Shown: positions 1 through 10,064, counted from the first letter of the stretch. The stretch is DNA of 64,000 bases from an uncultured cyanobacterium (GCA_963718615.1 OY970368.1:4640001-4704000); one strand, 5' to 3'. Made by a program: numbers and translations. The notes: generated by a model not told the origin, from the sequence alone.

Positions 1-2387
1 GCCCGCAACTGATCCTTGGACAACGCTTGGAACGTGATCGTTTCGTCAATGCGGTTGAGCAACTCCGGACGAAAATGTTTGCGCAAGGCTTTGTTGACTC
101 GGTTATAGGCTTCCGCTGCTTTCTCGGGCTCTGCCCCGATCGCCTCCAAAATAAAGCTGCTGCCAATGTTGCTCGTCATCACAATCACCGTATTGCGAAA
201 ATCGATCAGCCGCCCCTGGGAATCGGTAATCCGACCATCATCCAACACTTGTAGTAGCAAGTTAAAGACATCGGGATGGGCTTTTTCGACTTCATCGAGG
301 AGCAAAACCGAATAGGGTTTGCGGCGAATGGCTTCCGAAAGTTGACCTCCCTCTTCATACCCCACATAGCCCGGAGGCGCACCGATGAGGCGAGAGACCG
401 CATGTTTCTCCATATATTCGGACATGTCGAGCCGGACCAAGGAATCTTCCGTATCGAAAAGGCATTGGGCCAAGGCACGGGCCAACTCGGTTTTACCCAC
501 CCCCGTGGGACCCAGAAAGAGGAACGAACCTAGGGGGCGAGCCGGATCGTTCATGCCTGCGCGGGCACGGCGAATTGCTGCCGCCACTGCAACCACGGCT
601 TCATCCTGGCCAATCACCCGCTGGTGGAGATAGGACTCCATTTGCAGCAGCTTTTGTCGTTCCGTGGCCATCAGCCGATTAACAGGAATACCGGTCCAAC
701 GGGCCACAATTTCAGCGATATCGTCATTAGTGACTTGCTCCCGCAACAGCGTCATACCCTGGCGCTGCATCTCCAGCAGTTCTGCCTCCTTTGCTTCTCG
801 GCTTTGTTGCAGACTGGCTAGGCGTTCGTACTTGAGTGCTGAGGCGGTTTGCAGATCTCCCTCCCGCTCGGCTTGGTCGATTTGGACCCGCACCTGTTCT
901 TCCTGTTCCTGGAAGGCCCCCACGGCATCCAGAAGATCCTTCTCGCTGCGCCATTGGGCGGTGAGGACCGCTTGTTTTTCGGTCAACTCTGCGATTTCGG
1001 CATTAATCGGGCCAAGCCGGTCTGCTGGACGGAAGCCAGTTGTATCGGCAAATCTTGTTTGGGCTTCGCCTTCTAGCGACAGCTTTTCCATTTCGAGCTG
1101 CATCAGTCGCCGGTCGATGACTTCTAGCTCCGTGGGTTTGGAGGTGATTTCCATTTTGAGCTGGGCAGCGGCTTCATCCACGAGGTCAATGGCTTTGTCC
1201 GGGAGGAAGCGATCGCTAATATACCGATTCGACAACACCGCCGCCGCCACCAGCGCCGAGTCCGTAATCTTAACCCCATGGTGAACTTCGTAACGCTCCT
1301 TCAGCCCTCGCAAAATCGAAACCGTATCTTCAACGGAGGGTTGGCTAATCAACACCTGCTGAAAGCGTCGTTCCAATGCCGGATCCTTTTCTATATTTTT
1401 GCGATATTCATCCAGCGTCGAGGCTCCAATACAGCGCAGCTCGCCCCGCGCCAGCATCGGTTTGAGCAAATTACCTGCATCCATCGAGCCCTGCTGGCCC
1501 TGCCCTGCCCCGACGACGGTGTGGAGCTCGTCGATAAAGAGAATAATCTGACCATCGGAATGGGTGACCTCATGGAGGACCGATCGCAACCGATCTTCAA
1601 ATTCCCCCCGATACTTGGCTCCGGCAATCAATGAGCCCATATCCAGACTGATCAGACGACGCTGTTTGAGGGATTCTGGTACATCGCCATTGACGATGCG
1701 TTGGGCGAGCCCTTCGGCGATCGCTGTCTTCCCCACCCCTGGTTCCCCGATGACCACGGGGTTGTTCTTCGTCCGCCGCGACAGCACCTGAATGACCCGC
1801 CGAATCTCATCATCTCGGCCAATCACCGGATCCAGTTTCCCAGATGCCGCCGCCTCGGTCAGATCCCGCCCATATTTTTCTAAGTTTTCATAGCGGGATG
1901 CTTCTTCCTTCGCCTCCTGCTGGACCTCCGCTTCGACCTTGACCTGAGCCCGGCGTTCTTGAATGGCCGTCGAGAGGGTTTTGGCGTCTAGGGTGTAGGG
2001 ATCACAAAGACGACGTCCGACGCGATCGTCCTCCACAAACCCCATGAGCACATGGTCAATATCAATACAGGCATCTTGCCAAATCTGCCGCGCTTGCTCT
2101 GCCTTATCCAGCAGCTCATCGAGACTGCGCCCCAGATAAAGCTGACCATTGGTCGCGACGCGGGGTTGGCGACGGGCAAATTCCTCCAGCCGCTGATAGA
2201 GATCCGCCGAGTCCACGGAGATGCTTTCCAGGAGCTGGGAGGCATAGCCATCCTCATGTTCTAGCAGGGTCAGCATGACATGTTCGACCTCTAGCTGCTG
2301 CTGCCGAAATTGCCGCGCCACTTCCTGAGAGGAGACGATGGCGTTCCAGACGGCTTCGGTGAACTGGTTGGGGTCGGTAGGCTGCAT
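1..2387 (-). CDS. clpB: ATP-dependent chaperone ClpB (3' end runs off the window)
   Basis: Minus-strand frame from ATG at 2387 reads [27 protein letters not shown]..., later [21 protein letters not shown] and [13 protein letters not shown]: two AAA+ modules of cyanobacterial ClpB. Confidence 0.95.
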   Translation of the reverse strand, partial: MQPTDPNQFTEAVWNAIVSSQEVARQFRQQQLEVEHVMLTLLEHEDGYASQLLESISVDSADLYQRLEEFARRQPRVATNGQLYLGRSLDELLDKAEQARQIWQDACIDIDHVLMGFVEDDRVGRRLCDPYTLDAKTLSTAIQERRAQVKVEAEVQQEAKEEASRYENLEKYGRDLTEAAASGKLDPVIGRDDEIRRVIQVLSRRTKNNPVVIGEPGVGKTAIAEGLAQRIVNGDVPESLKQRRLISLDMGSLIAGAKYRGEFEDRLRSVLHEVTHSDGQIILFIDELHTVVGAGQGQQGSMDAGNLLKPMLARGELRCIGASTLDEYRKNIEKDPALERRFQQVLISQPSVEDTVSILRGLKERYEVHHGVKITDSALVAAAVLSNRYISDRFLPDKAIDLVDEAAAQLKMEITSKPTELEVIDRRLMQLEMEKLSLEGEAQTRFADTTGFRPADRLGPINAEIAELTEKQAVLTAQWRSEKDLLDAVGAFQEQEEQVRVQIDQAEREGDLQTASALKYERLASLQQSREAKEAELLEMQRQGMTLLREQVTNDDIAEIVARWTGIPVNRLMATERQKLLQMESYLHQRVIGQDEAVVAVAAAIRRARAGMNDPARPLGSFLFLGPTGVGKTELARALAQCLFDTEDSLVRLDMSEYMEKHAVSRLIGAPPGYVGYEEGGQLSEAIRRKPYSVLLLDEVEKAHPDVFNLLLQVLDDGRITDSQGRLIDFRNTVIVMTSNIGSSFILEAIGAEPEKAAEAYNRVNKALRKHFRPELLNRIDETITFQALSKDQLR

Positions 2388-2513
2388 GGGTGGGGTCAGT
2401 CGGATGAGGGGGAGTATGGACGTGAGTATGGGTTTATAGCTTACTATCTTGTGCTTGCCAACGTGGTGTGGGGAATGCACCAGGCTGGGGTGCGGTCTTG
2501 GGTTTTGACGGTC

Positions 2514-3024
2514 CTAGGGGGATTCGCTAGAATTTGGACGCAATACTCTAGTGGGTGTCGGGGTCAGAGAGTTTGAGGTTGAGGGCAGTGCTGTAGTCGA
2601 TGGCGAGGTCGAAGCGAGCGCGATCGTAAATGTCGTTGAGCAGTTGCTGGAGCACGATCGCAGGTTCAGCTTCGTTGGTTCGATGATGGTGATGACTTCG
2701 TTGTTTTTGGTGGCTCGGATCGTCAGAAAGCGTTCTTTCACCTGCCGTGGCATCGGGACTTCGACGGCCAACGGTTTGGACAGGGTGGCGGTGAGGGTGG
2801 GGGTTTCCGCGATGTCTTGGCCTTGGACTGTGGCGACATCGGCAACGCCAATGCTTTCGGCGGATTCATCGGTGGTGTATCCGTTCTTCAATGGAGGCGC
2901 GGTAGCGGGGCGCGATCTGCGGAGTGAGGGCGTCGGCAATGGCGATGATCAGCCGATTATGGACCTGGGGCCAGAGGTCTGAGCGTTCTAGGTAGGGGTC
3001 CATTCCGGGGAAGGGGCTGGGCAT
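2514..3024 (-). pseudogene. DUF4058-family protein, frameshifted and internally deleted
   Basis: Starts MPSPFPGMDPYLERSDLWPQVHNRLIIAIAD. It shifts frame near 2880 into ...VPMPRQVKERFLTIR...VITIIE, then jumps to the C-terminal LQQLLNDIYDRARFDLAIDY. Confidence 0.8.
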
Positions 3025-3093
3025 GGCATTACCTTTGTCCTAGCGTTTGTCGTGGATTGATCCTAGCGGATCTGCTGTTCAGAGGTCTGACAG

Positions 3094-4164
3094 TCAATCC
3101 CACTCTGCATACTGCGGCGGATTTGCCCCCACCCGCTGAGTCACCTTGGGATATTTGGCCCTTGCCTGAGGTTTGCCAATTTCCAGGGTTTCGATGTGGT
3201 GCCACCAGTCATCGCCAAAATCGAACCAGTAGCCCCAGGATTCACCGGGTTCTAGGTTAAGATCTGCGATCGCTGTCTTTTTCACCTCCCCAGCGGGCTC
3301 ATCCCTGCTGTGATCCATGGCAACGTTCAAAACATAGCGATCGGCATCGGGATCATTCGGCTTCATCCCTTTCACTTGGAACTCATACAGATGCTCTTCC
3401 TCTCGACCAAAGGCTTGAAACAGAGCGTTGTGCAGCTCGGCCAAGGTCTGATCACCCCGAATTTCGACGGTACGACTAATCTCAGGATTCTTTTTCATGA
3501 AGGCTTCCGTAACGGGACCACTGATAATTGACGCCTTGAGTGTGTAGAGAATCTTGGCAGCGGTGCTTTTGGAAGTTGCTTTTTGGGGAGTCGTGTTTTT
3601 CTGAATCGAAACGCCACTATCCAGCAATTGCAAAAACACATCGCTATCGTCTTTGTGCCCTGGAATATAGGGAATCATCCCTTTTCTGTAAGCCTCCACT
3701 TGAGCACCGATGGGGGCATCGCGGATATCCATGATGAAGCCATTGACCGACAACATCCAAGCCATGGGATTGTCATTCATGCGGCTGGGCACGGTCCAGT
3801 TGGGGTCCATCTGATGTATCTTCAACAGATCTCGAACCGTTTTGGATTTCCCCTGGCCGGTGCTGCTGCCCACGCCAAACCATTGGTAGAGTTCTGTGGC
3901 GCTGAGGTGGGGGTCAAAGCTGGAATCGAACAGGAAGTTGACCATGCCGATGGCGTGGCTGATGCCGCAGGCCCAGGTTTTGTCGTGGCCTTTGTCGAGG
4001 GGGGAGGGGCGTTTGCGACAGAGGGCGGCGGTGGCGGAGCGGATCAGTTGGGCGTATTCGTCGTTGAGATGGGCTGCGGCAAAGGCGTCGGTGATGGCGG
4101 TGATGCGATCGAACTTCTCCTGCATGGTCTTGGGCACTTGGTCAGACTTGGAGGAGGCAGCCAT
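3094..4164 (-). CDS. DUF6398 domain plus pRiA4b ORF-3-like domain protein
   Basis: N-terminal LCRKRPSPL...WACGI...VNFLFD; C-terminal TLAELHNALFQAF...HLYEF...YWFDFGDDWWH...PPQY. Confidence 0.8.
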   Translation of the reverse strand: MAASSKSDQVPKTMQEKFDRITAITDAFAAAHLNDEYAQLIRSATAALCRKRPSPLDKGHDKTWACGISHAIGMVNFLFDSSFDPHLSATELYQWFGVGSSTGQGKSKTVRDLLKIHQMDPNWTVPSRMNDNPMAWMLSVNGFIMDIRDAPIGAQVEAYRKGMIPYIPGHKDDSDVFLQLLDSGVSIQKNTTPQKATSKSTAAKILYTLKASIISGPVTEAFMKKNPEISRTVEIRGDQTLAELHNALFQAFGREEEHLYEFQVKGMKPNDPDADRYVLNVAMDHSRDEPAGEVKKTAIADLNLEPGESWGYWFDFGDDWWHHIETLEIGKPQARAKYPKVTQRVGANPPQYAEWD

Positions 4165-4289
4165 GGGAGTACGTGGGAATTAGCAATGACGACGTTTCTT
4201 ATTTTGACATAGCCCGCTTGGGTCACCGGTGACAAGCTCTAAGCCTTAATCGCTACAATCGAAAATAGGTAATTTTTGAGACTCACACC

Positions 4290-4691
4290 ATGGCAGATCC
4301 GATGACGGCGGCGGCGATCGCGGGCTTAGCTCTCTCCAAGTTTGCGGAGAGCGGGGCGAGCGAGGCGGCGAAGAAGTTGATTGAGGGTTTGTGGGGGGCG
4401 ATTACAACCCGATTTAAAGGCCGCAAGAAGGCGGAGGAGGCGATCGCCCAACTGGAAGCCAGCCAGGGCAAAGCTCCGGAGGCGGAGGCCAATTTGGTTC
4501 GGGTGTTGGATGCGGAGATGTTTGAGGATGAGGCGTTTGCGGGGCAGGTGCAGCAGTTAGCGCAGCAGATTATCCAGATTCAAAATCAGAATCAAACGCA
4601 GTCTAGCAATACCTTTACGTCGAATGACAATTCGCAGATACGGGCGGTGGGGCAGGTTTATGGGACGGCGAATTTGGGGGATCAGAAATAG
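4290..4691 (+). CDS. Small helical (Bell-like) effector with C-terminal amyloid-like motif
   Basis: 133 aa: hydrophobic N-terminal helix, helical bundle, Q/N-rich linker, and tail NTFTSNDNSQIRAVGQVYGTANLGDQ matching the N-terminus of the NLR at 5554. Confidence 0.75.
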   Translation: MADPMTAAAIAGLALSKFAESGASEAAKKLIEGLWGAITTRFKGRKKAEEAIAQLEASQGKAPEAEANLVRVLDAEMFEDEAFAGQVQQLAQQIIQIQNQNQTQSSNTFTSNDNSQIRAVGQVYGTANLGDQK

Positions 4692-4894
4692 CGGGCTTTG
4701 GGCTTGGCAATTTTGAGAATGGCGATCGCCTGCTCTCGTTTCACGCTCGGAAAATGGTCCAGAAACTCGCTCAGCGGGTCCCCGGCTGCGAGGTAATCGA
4801 GCAGGTTTTTCACCGGCACGCGAGTGCCAACAAAGACAGGAGTTCCGCTTAAAATGCCAGGGTCGCTGTGAATGACTGAAGAAAGAGTAATCAT
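4682..4894 (-). CDS. DUF433-family antitoxin-like protein
   Basis: IHSDPGILSGTPVFVGTRVPV...LDYLAAGDPLSEFLDHFPSV signature. Confidence 0.85.
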   Translation of the reverse strand: MITLSSVIHSDPGILSGTPVFVGTRVPVKNLLDYLAAGDPLSEFLDHFPSVKREQAIAILKIAKPKARYF

Positions 4895-5001
4895 GGCCGC
4901 TGGGCTCATTACAAGGATTTGGGTGTCGAAGCTCGATCGTAGCTGATTTTATGGGGATGGGTTGATGGCTGGGAAACCGACCAATCAGTTTGAATCCTAC
5001 G
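4860..5001 (+). repeat. Copy 1 of ~140-bp direct repeat (DUF433 start + intergenic + NLR 5' start)
   Basis: GTGAATGACTGAAGAAAG...GTAGCTGATTTT...GAAACCGA.CAATCAGTTTGAATCCTA recurs at 5437-5590. Confidence 0.8.
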
Positions 5002-5074
5002 GCCGCTGTTGTGAACGGTCCCAAGCCGTCGGTTATCCTAGATATGAGCCCGTACCATCATTGCTGCTCAAGAT

Positions 5075-5365
5075 ATGACTCCTCAACTCGCAACGGCGAT
5101 CGCAGCCACTCAACCCCTTTCCCTCCTGGAATTGACGCAGCTCATCAGTATCCTCGCCAGCAACCTGCACAAAATCCAGGCGCTGGAGGCAGAGAGTGTC
5201 GCTTTTTGGAGCAATCCATCGTTGGCAGATCTGAGCCAAGCCCAATCCGCACCTCTTTTTCTTGGTCTCCAGACCGTTGCGGGTGATCTTTGGCCGGAGG
5301 AAGAATCCATTGATAACTTCCTCAGTTCTCTGCAAGAACAACGCCAATCGGACGTGGCCGCATGA
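5075..5365 (+). CDS. Hypothetical antitoxin-like small protein
   Basis: 96 aa ending LWPEEESIDNFLSSLQEQRQ, a tail typical of cyanobacterial orphan antitoxin-like proteins. Confidence 0.6.
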   Translation: MTPQLATAIAATQPLSLLELTQLISILASNLHKIQALEAESVAFWSNPSLADLSQAQSAPLFLGLQTVAGDLWPEEESIDNFLSSLQEQRQSDVAA

Positions 5366-5436
5366 CCAAGATGACGATGGAATCAGTAATTTAAGGATTC
5401 TGACCAGGGCCTAGCCAACCGTGCGGATTATCCACA

Positions 5437-5590
5437 GGTCGCGGTGAATGACTGAAGAAAGATTAATCATTGCCGTTAGTCAAATCGCGAGGATTTGGCG
5501 CAGGGGTTTGGGTGTTACAGGTTGGTCGTAGCTGATTTTGTGGGGTAGGGTGAGTGGCTGAGAAACCGAACAATCAGTTTGAATCCTATG
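5437..5590 (+). repeat. Copy 2 of ~140-bp direct repeat
   Basis: Similar to 4860-5001; this copy leads into the real NLR start. Confidence 0.8.
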
Positions 5591-6198
5591 ACCAGTCGCA
5601 GATGCGGGCGGTGGGGGAGGTGCATGGCGATGCTTATTTGGGGGATCAGCACCATCACCATGGCGGCCCAGAAATCACCGTTTCTGGGGTGGGGGACTCG
5701 CCGCCCAATTTCCAGGACTATTGGGTGGAGCGGCGGGTTTATCAAGCTGCTCTGATCGATCGCCTCGACCGTCACCCGGCCACCGAAATCGTCGCAGAGG
5801 GTGGCTTTGGCAAGTCGTCTTTGGCGGCTTGGGCACATCAGCATTTGCAGAATTCGTTTCAAAAACGCATTTGGGTGAGACTGCAGCAGGACAAGCAGCA
5901 GGACAAGAGCTTTGACCGGGTGGCGCGCTGGATTTTGCAGGAAATTGGCTTCCCAAACAAAGACCCTCGGGCGGATGGGGAAACGCTGCTGCGGGAGTTG
6001 TGCTATCGGCTGAATGACCCGAATCGACCGGTGAAGGCGCTGGTGGCGTTGGCGCTGGTGGAGCAGGTGGCGGAGACGCAGGATTGGGAATGGTTTGAGC
6101 GGTTTCTGGAGGCGTGGGCGCGGCAGGGGAAGCTAAGTCGGGTGTTGGTGACAACGCGGCTGTCGGTGTTGGCGGAGGAGCCGATCCTTCTGTTTTGA
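5554..6198 (+). pseudogene. NB-ARC (STAND) receptor, N-terminal half with amyloid-like motif; truncated by island insertion
   Basis: Walker A AEGGFGKSSLA, FQKRIWV and SRVLVTTR. The sequence style changes abruptly at ~6187; the C-terminal half is at 17580. Confidence 0.85.
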
Positions 6199-6229
6199 TT
6201 GTCTAGGACTGTCGGGCAGAAATCAGTAG

Positions 6230-6400
6230 AAATAAGGAAGCTGCAACGCACTGAAGGTGAGCTTCTATGTGGAGACAGAAGCTTGTTCTTGAACTGCGAG
6301 ATGGGTCAAGACGGCGCTCACTTCGGTCACACCCATGTCCTTGGTATGGCGTTTGTTGTGAAACAGGAGGTAGCGCCGAATCCACTGAACGTAAGTTCGT
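6230..6400 (-). pseudogene. intI: Integron integrase N-terminal (SAM-like) fragment
   Basis: Minus strand translates RTYVQWIRRYLLFHNKRHTKDMGVTEVSAVLTHLAVQEQASVST*KLTFSAL, matching the IntI consensus YVxWIRRYILFHNKRHPxDMG..EV..FLTHLAV...STQNQALSAL; contains an internal stop. Confidence 0.85.
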
Positions 6401-6472
6401 AAGTTTGTTATGTAGACACCCGGATTCGATGGTAAAGATTGTGTGATTTTCTACGCCGACTTAAATGAGGTG

Positions 6473-6657
6473 ATTATACTGAGGTACTACGCAATAATAC
6501 TCAAATCGAGGCGTTATCCAGCAACTGTGCCGAGATAACGCTTTGAGAGGGGTAGTTATCATGAAGTCTTGCCTAGTAATATCCAACCAGGGGTGTTACC
6601 CAGGGTGATTGCATTGATAAGAGGCTGGAACTAGGGGTTATAAATCGCTCGTTATAC
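6473..6657 (+). other. Putative attI region of integron 1 with periodic half-site array
   Basis: RTTA starts at 6473, 6513, 6555, 6595 and 6637 (period 40-42 bp); the first four are each closed by TAAN 26-27 bp later. Ends in GTTATAA-N7-GTTATAC and lies directly upstream of the intI fragment. Confidence 0.55.
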
Positions 6658-6825
6658 GGTGCGAGTTCTGAACCTTTCTCGACCAGGTTAGCTGAACGAG
6701 TAGGTGGGCACAATCAATGTGAACAGAGATTCCCGAACCACAAAGGTTTCAGGCTTTCTTGTTTAATACTTATTTGCGCCGACCGACCTACCATCTTCAC
6801 GGAAGCCCCGTAAGGATAGACAATA

Positions 6826-7731
6826 ATGTCAACTGGGAAGCCCTTAGAGATCGATTACTCTCAACCAGATTCAACTTCAACATTTGCCCCACGCCCACGC
6901 ATTCATTCCAGTCAGCAAGCAGGATGGAAAAATATTCATCTGGCACACTATCAAATGCCTGCAATGGAAATCCCTGAAACGATGAGTGTTCAGCACATCA
7001 TCGCCCTGCCGTTTGTTAAATGTCAAACAGTGCAAGAATTAGTTTTTGATGGGAAATGTTATCAAACACAGCATGATCAAAAGGATATGGGATGTATTGC
7101 TATAATTCCTGCTGATGCACCGTTTAGCGCTAAGTGGAATCGAGAGTCCGGCGTGACTCATTGCTATCTTGATCCAACATTTGTCGCCCATGCTGCCTAT
7201 GAGTCGATCAACTTAGAACAAGTTGAGCTGAATTTGGTGATTCAAAAAACTGATCTGCTCGTTTGCCAAATTGTCTTAGCTCTACAACAGGTATTGGAAA
7301 CCGATGCAACGAACAGTTGCTTTTATGCAGAGTCAATGGCTACGGCTCTAGCAGCCCATTGTTTAAGAACATATTCAACTCGCAAGCTCGTTCTACAGAA
7401 GTACGAGGATGGCTTACCGAAGTACAAACTGAAGCAAGCTCTTGAATACATGAACGTTCATCTGAGTGAGAATGTATCATTAGCATCTGTTTCTGAAGAA
7501 GTACAGATCAGCCAATTCCATTTCTGTCGATTGTTTAAGCAGTCAACTGGAATGACTCCCCACGCGTATTTGATTCAGCAACGAGTTGAGCGAGCAAAAC
7601 AACTTCTCAAAAGGAAAGAGGGCAGCATGCTCGATATTGCTATTGAGTGTGGCTTTGCTAATCCGAGCCACTTTGCCAAGCATTTTCGGAAACATACAGG
7701 CATTTCGCCGAAGCAGTTTCGGATGTTGTAG
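6826..7731 (+). CDS. AraC-family transcriptional regulator
   Basis: C-terminal double HTH: SQFHFCRLFKQSTGMTPHAY...IAIECGFANPSHFAKHFRKHTGISPKQFR. Confidence 0.95.
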   Translation: MSTGKPLEIDYSQPDSTSTFAPRPRIHSSQQAGWKNIHLAHYQMPAMEIPETMSVQHIIALPFVKCQTVQELVFDGKCYQTQHDQKDMGCIAIIPADAPFSAKWNRESGVTHCYLDPTFVAHAAYESINLEQVELNLVIQKTDLLVCQIVLALQQVLETDATNSCFYAESMATALAAHCLRTYSTRKLVLQKYEDGLPKYKLKQALEYMNVHLSENVSLASVSEEVQISQFHFCRLFKQSTGMTPHAYLIQQRVERAKQLLKRKEGSMLDIAIECGFANPSHFAKHFRKHTGISPKQFRML

Positions 7732-7757
7732 CAAGAATGTGTCGCGATCGCAAGAAT
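7731..7757 (+). promoter_or_regulatory. Putative AraC operator (GCAAGAAT direct repeat)
   Basis: GCAAGAAT at 7731 and 7750, immediately after araC and upstream of the next gene. Confidence 0.5.
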
Positions 7758-7833
7758 ATATTCGCCTTAAGAAGTAAAGCATATTAAAGTTATCTAAGTT
7801 ACGTAATAACACTTGTGAACAACTTGTAAGGAG

Positions 7834-8160
7834 ATGTACTTCATGTCTATTAGTAATAGTGTTGTTGATGGAATGATGCCAGAGTTTGATCCTACAAATC
7901 CAGATGCCGACTACGGTGATGTAGTTCGCGCTGGTGGTGACGCAATTCTGAACGCTGTAACAGGTGGTGCTGCAGGGAATGCCTTTTCACAAGGTGCTCA
8001 AGGAATCGAGGATTTGAATGAGTTCACCGATAATGCTTTTACGGCTGAAAGTATTGTAGCGATGACCGAGGATGTTGCACCCGTAGTTGAACAGTTTAGT
8101 GAACAGGTATCAGAAGGTGCAAGCGATTTGGTGGAAAACGTGTTTGGTGGACTTTTTTGA
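7834..8160 (+). CDS. Small acidic hypothetical protein
   Basis: 108-aa ORF preceded by the RBS AAGGAG; very D/E-rich. Confidence 0.65.
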   Translation: MYFMSISNSVVDGMMPEFDPTNPDADYGDVVRAGGDAILNAVTGGAAGNAFSQGAQGIEDLNEFTDNAFTAESIVAMTEDVAPVVEQFSEQVSEGASDLVENVFGGLF

Positions 8161-8183
8161 TTCTAAAAAGGGAAAAAGAGCAG

Positions 8184-8291
8184 CTAGTACTCTGGGGCTG
8201 AAATATCCAGACTATCTCTTCTCGTGCAGACCATACTGAGTCAGAAGCCAGAGAAAGAACTGGTCAAATGACTTCCGCCACCGAGTACTAG
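8184..8291. mobile_element. MITE-like element
   Basis: Imperfect terminal inverted repeats CTAGTACTCTGGGGCTGAA / TTCCGCCACCGAGTACTAG; noncoding. Confidence 0.5.
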
Positions 8292-8334
8292 TCGCTTAGA
8301 CACTCATCCTATATTAAATTCTTAGGTTATTAAA

Positions 8335-9414
8335 ATGCTTGAGAAATATACTCCTATGGCACAGGATTGCTTTTCAACGCCAGCATGTAACGAGGAAAAT
8401 GCTTCACTGATGACTGATAGCTCTGAGGCAGACGGACAACTGGTTGGCAATACTCCTGTAAATTCACAACCAATTACTTCTCAAGAAGGTTCAACTCAGC
8501 CTGATCATCCTTTCCAGGCTAGGAAAGCACTTCAAGGGTTTAGCGGAAATTTGGTAAAAGGAGTTTGGCAGCTTAGTGGTGACGTTGCTGGGAAAACAAC
8601 AGAAATTGGTAGTAAAGTTGCTCAATCTGCTACTAAATTAGGGCAAGAAGCAGTTCAATCCGTGACAGAACTTAGGCGAGAAGCAATTCAATCTGTGACA
8701 GGATTTACTCAAGAAGTCGCTGAATCCACAGCCAAACTAGGGCAAGAAGCAACTCAATCAGCACTTTCTCAAGAGGCAGTCCAAGATGCTCTGCTACTGG
8801 TTGGAGGAAATACTCACGCTTCACAAGTTGCGAAGGAAGCTTCAGTTGAGGCGTATGTAAAGCAAGTCAATTTGAGCAGAGTCCAAAAGTTTGTTGTTGC
8901 TCTGAAAGAGAAGATTTCGACAAAAAATCTGGAAGAACTGTCCCAACAAATTGTGGTTCAGCAAACTCTCCGAATTACCGGAAATTCTGCCGCACTGAGT
9001 CTCATCCCAGGAAAATTAGTCGAGGCAATGGGCTTTGATCAGGCTTCGCTCACTCTGGCACAAGCTGAAATCATTTACCAAATTGCTGATGTATATGGGC
9101 TGGAGTTAAAGACTCCATCACGCAGAGAGGAAGCCTTCGCAATTTTTGATCGGACTTTCAGAATGGCTAGACAAATGAAGATGTCCATGAATCTGGGAGT
9201 TGTTCCAACGCTTCCGATCGTTGGTGGGCTTTTAAGTGCAATCCCAATTTTGGGAGGTGCTTTAAATGTAGGGAGTGATGCGTTTTTAATCTCTCTAACT
9301 GGAGATACAGCCTGCTATCTTTACAAAACAATTGCAGAGGAGAAGGTGGCTGGGGAAACTCTCAAGAGTTTTAAGCAGGAAACGCAAACACGGTATAAGC
9401 AACGTTTGTGGTAG
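8335..9414 (+). CDS. Hypothetical protein with 11-aa amphipathic repeats and EcsC-like C-terminal region
   Basis: Repeats QEAVQSVTELR/REAIQSVTGFT/QEVAESTAKLG; QAEIIYQIADVYG; Gly-rich hydrophobic LPIVGG...IPILGG. Confidence 0.6.
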   Translation: MLEKYTPMAQDCFSTPACNEENASLMTDSSEADGQLVGNTPVNSQPITSQEGSTQPDHPFQARKALQGFSGNLVKGVWQLSGDVAGKTTEIGSKVAQSATKLGQEAVQSVTELRREAIQSVTGFTQEVAESTAKLGQEATQSALSQEAVQDALLLVGGNTHASQVAKEASVEAYVKQVNLSRVQKFVVALKEKISTKNLEELSQQIVVQQTLRITGNSAALSLIPGKLVEAMGFDQASLTLAQAEIIYQIADVYGLELKTPSRREEAFAIFDRTFRMARQMKMSMNLGVVPTLPIVGGLLSAIPILGGALNVGSDAFLISLTGDTACYLYKTIAEEKVAGETLKSFKQETQTRYKQRLW

Positions 9415-9441
9415 TAAACCTAATTTTTTTGTTCAGGAGCT

Positions 9442-9831
9442 ATGGATATGGACTGGTTAGAAAGTTTGTTTGAGTGGCTTAGCGATGTCTTGGATGCTAA
9501 TGCTGATGGCGCAGTCACCTTTAATGATATTACAGATGGAATCAGCGATGTAGTAGAAACAGTGACTGACTTTGCCGATCAAGATAATTCTGGGGTAATC
9601 AATTTTAATGATGCATCCAGTTTGGTTCTTAATTTCATCGATAAAAACGGATCTAGACAAATTGATTCAGAGGACTTTCAGCAGTTATTATTTGGTGTTT
9701 TTGACAAAAATGGTGATGGTCAGTTTACTTCAATTGATGTAACACTACGAAAACTTGCCGCTGAGGTAGGAGAGAATTTTGGACCAGCAGCTAGATTGGC
9801 TTTTCTCAACACTGCGAAAAATTTACTTTAA
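9442..9831 (+). CDS. EF-hand calcium-binding protein
   Basis: Four DxNxDG-type loops: DANADGAVTFND, DQDNSGVINFND, DKNGSRQIDSED, DKNGDGQFTSID. Confidence 0.8.
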   Translation: MDMDWLESLFEWLSDVLDANADGAVTFNDITDGISDVVETVTDFADQDNSGVINFNDASSLVLNFIDKNGSRQIDSEDFQQLLFGVFDKNGDGQFTSIDVTLRKLAAEVGENFGPAARLAFLNTAKNLL

Positions 9832-9904
9832 CTTAACCTGAGCAAGTTAGATTTTGCTCGTTGAAAAGTAAATTGCAAATAAAGTGGGATGTTTCGGAAG
9901 CACG

Positions 9905-9992
9905 ATCTAGCAACGTCCATTCACACCGATCGTCGAAAAATGATCGGTTTAATGCAGAGTCTATCTGCAGCGGGTGATGGGCACCGTTAGAC
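9905..9992 (+). other. attC integron recombination site
   Basis: R'' ATCTAGC (degenerate RYYYAAC); L'' GTCCATTCACACCG pairs with L' CGGGTGATGGGC with extrahelical bases; R' GTTAGAC. Confidence 0.7.
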
Positions 9993-10064
9993 CACTGAGT
10001 TACCTGTTGGGGTGTAGCTAGAACGTTATTGCAAGTTGTAACTTCAGTCTTCAAATAGGAGTGA

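Noticed and set aside
27-2300. Many plus-strand and short ORFs in the track
   Set aside because: Shadows of clpB on the minus strand; the same applies to antisense ORFs over other GC-rich genes.
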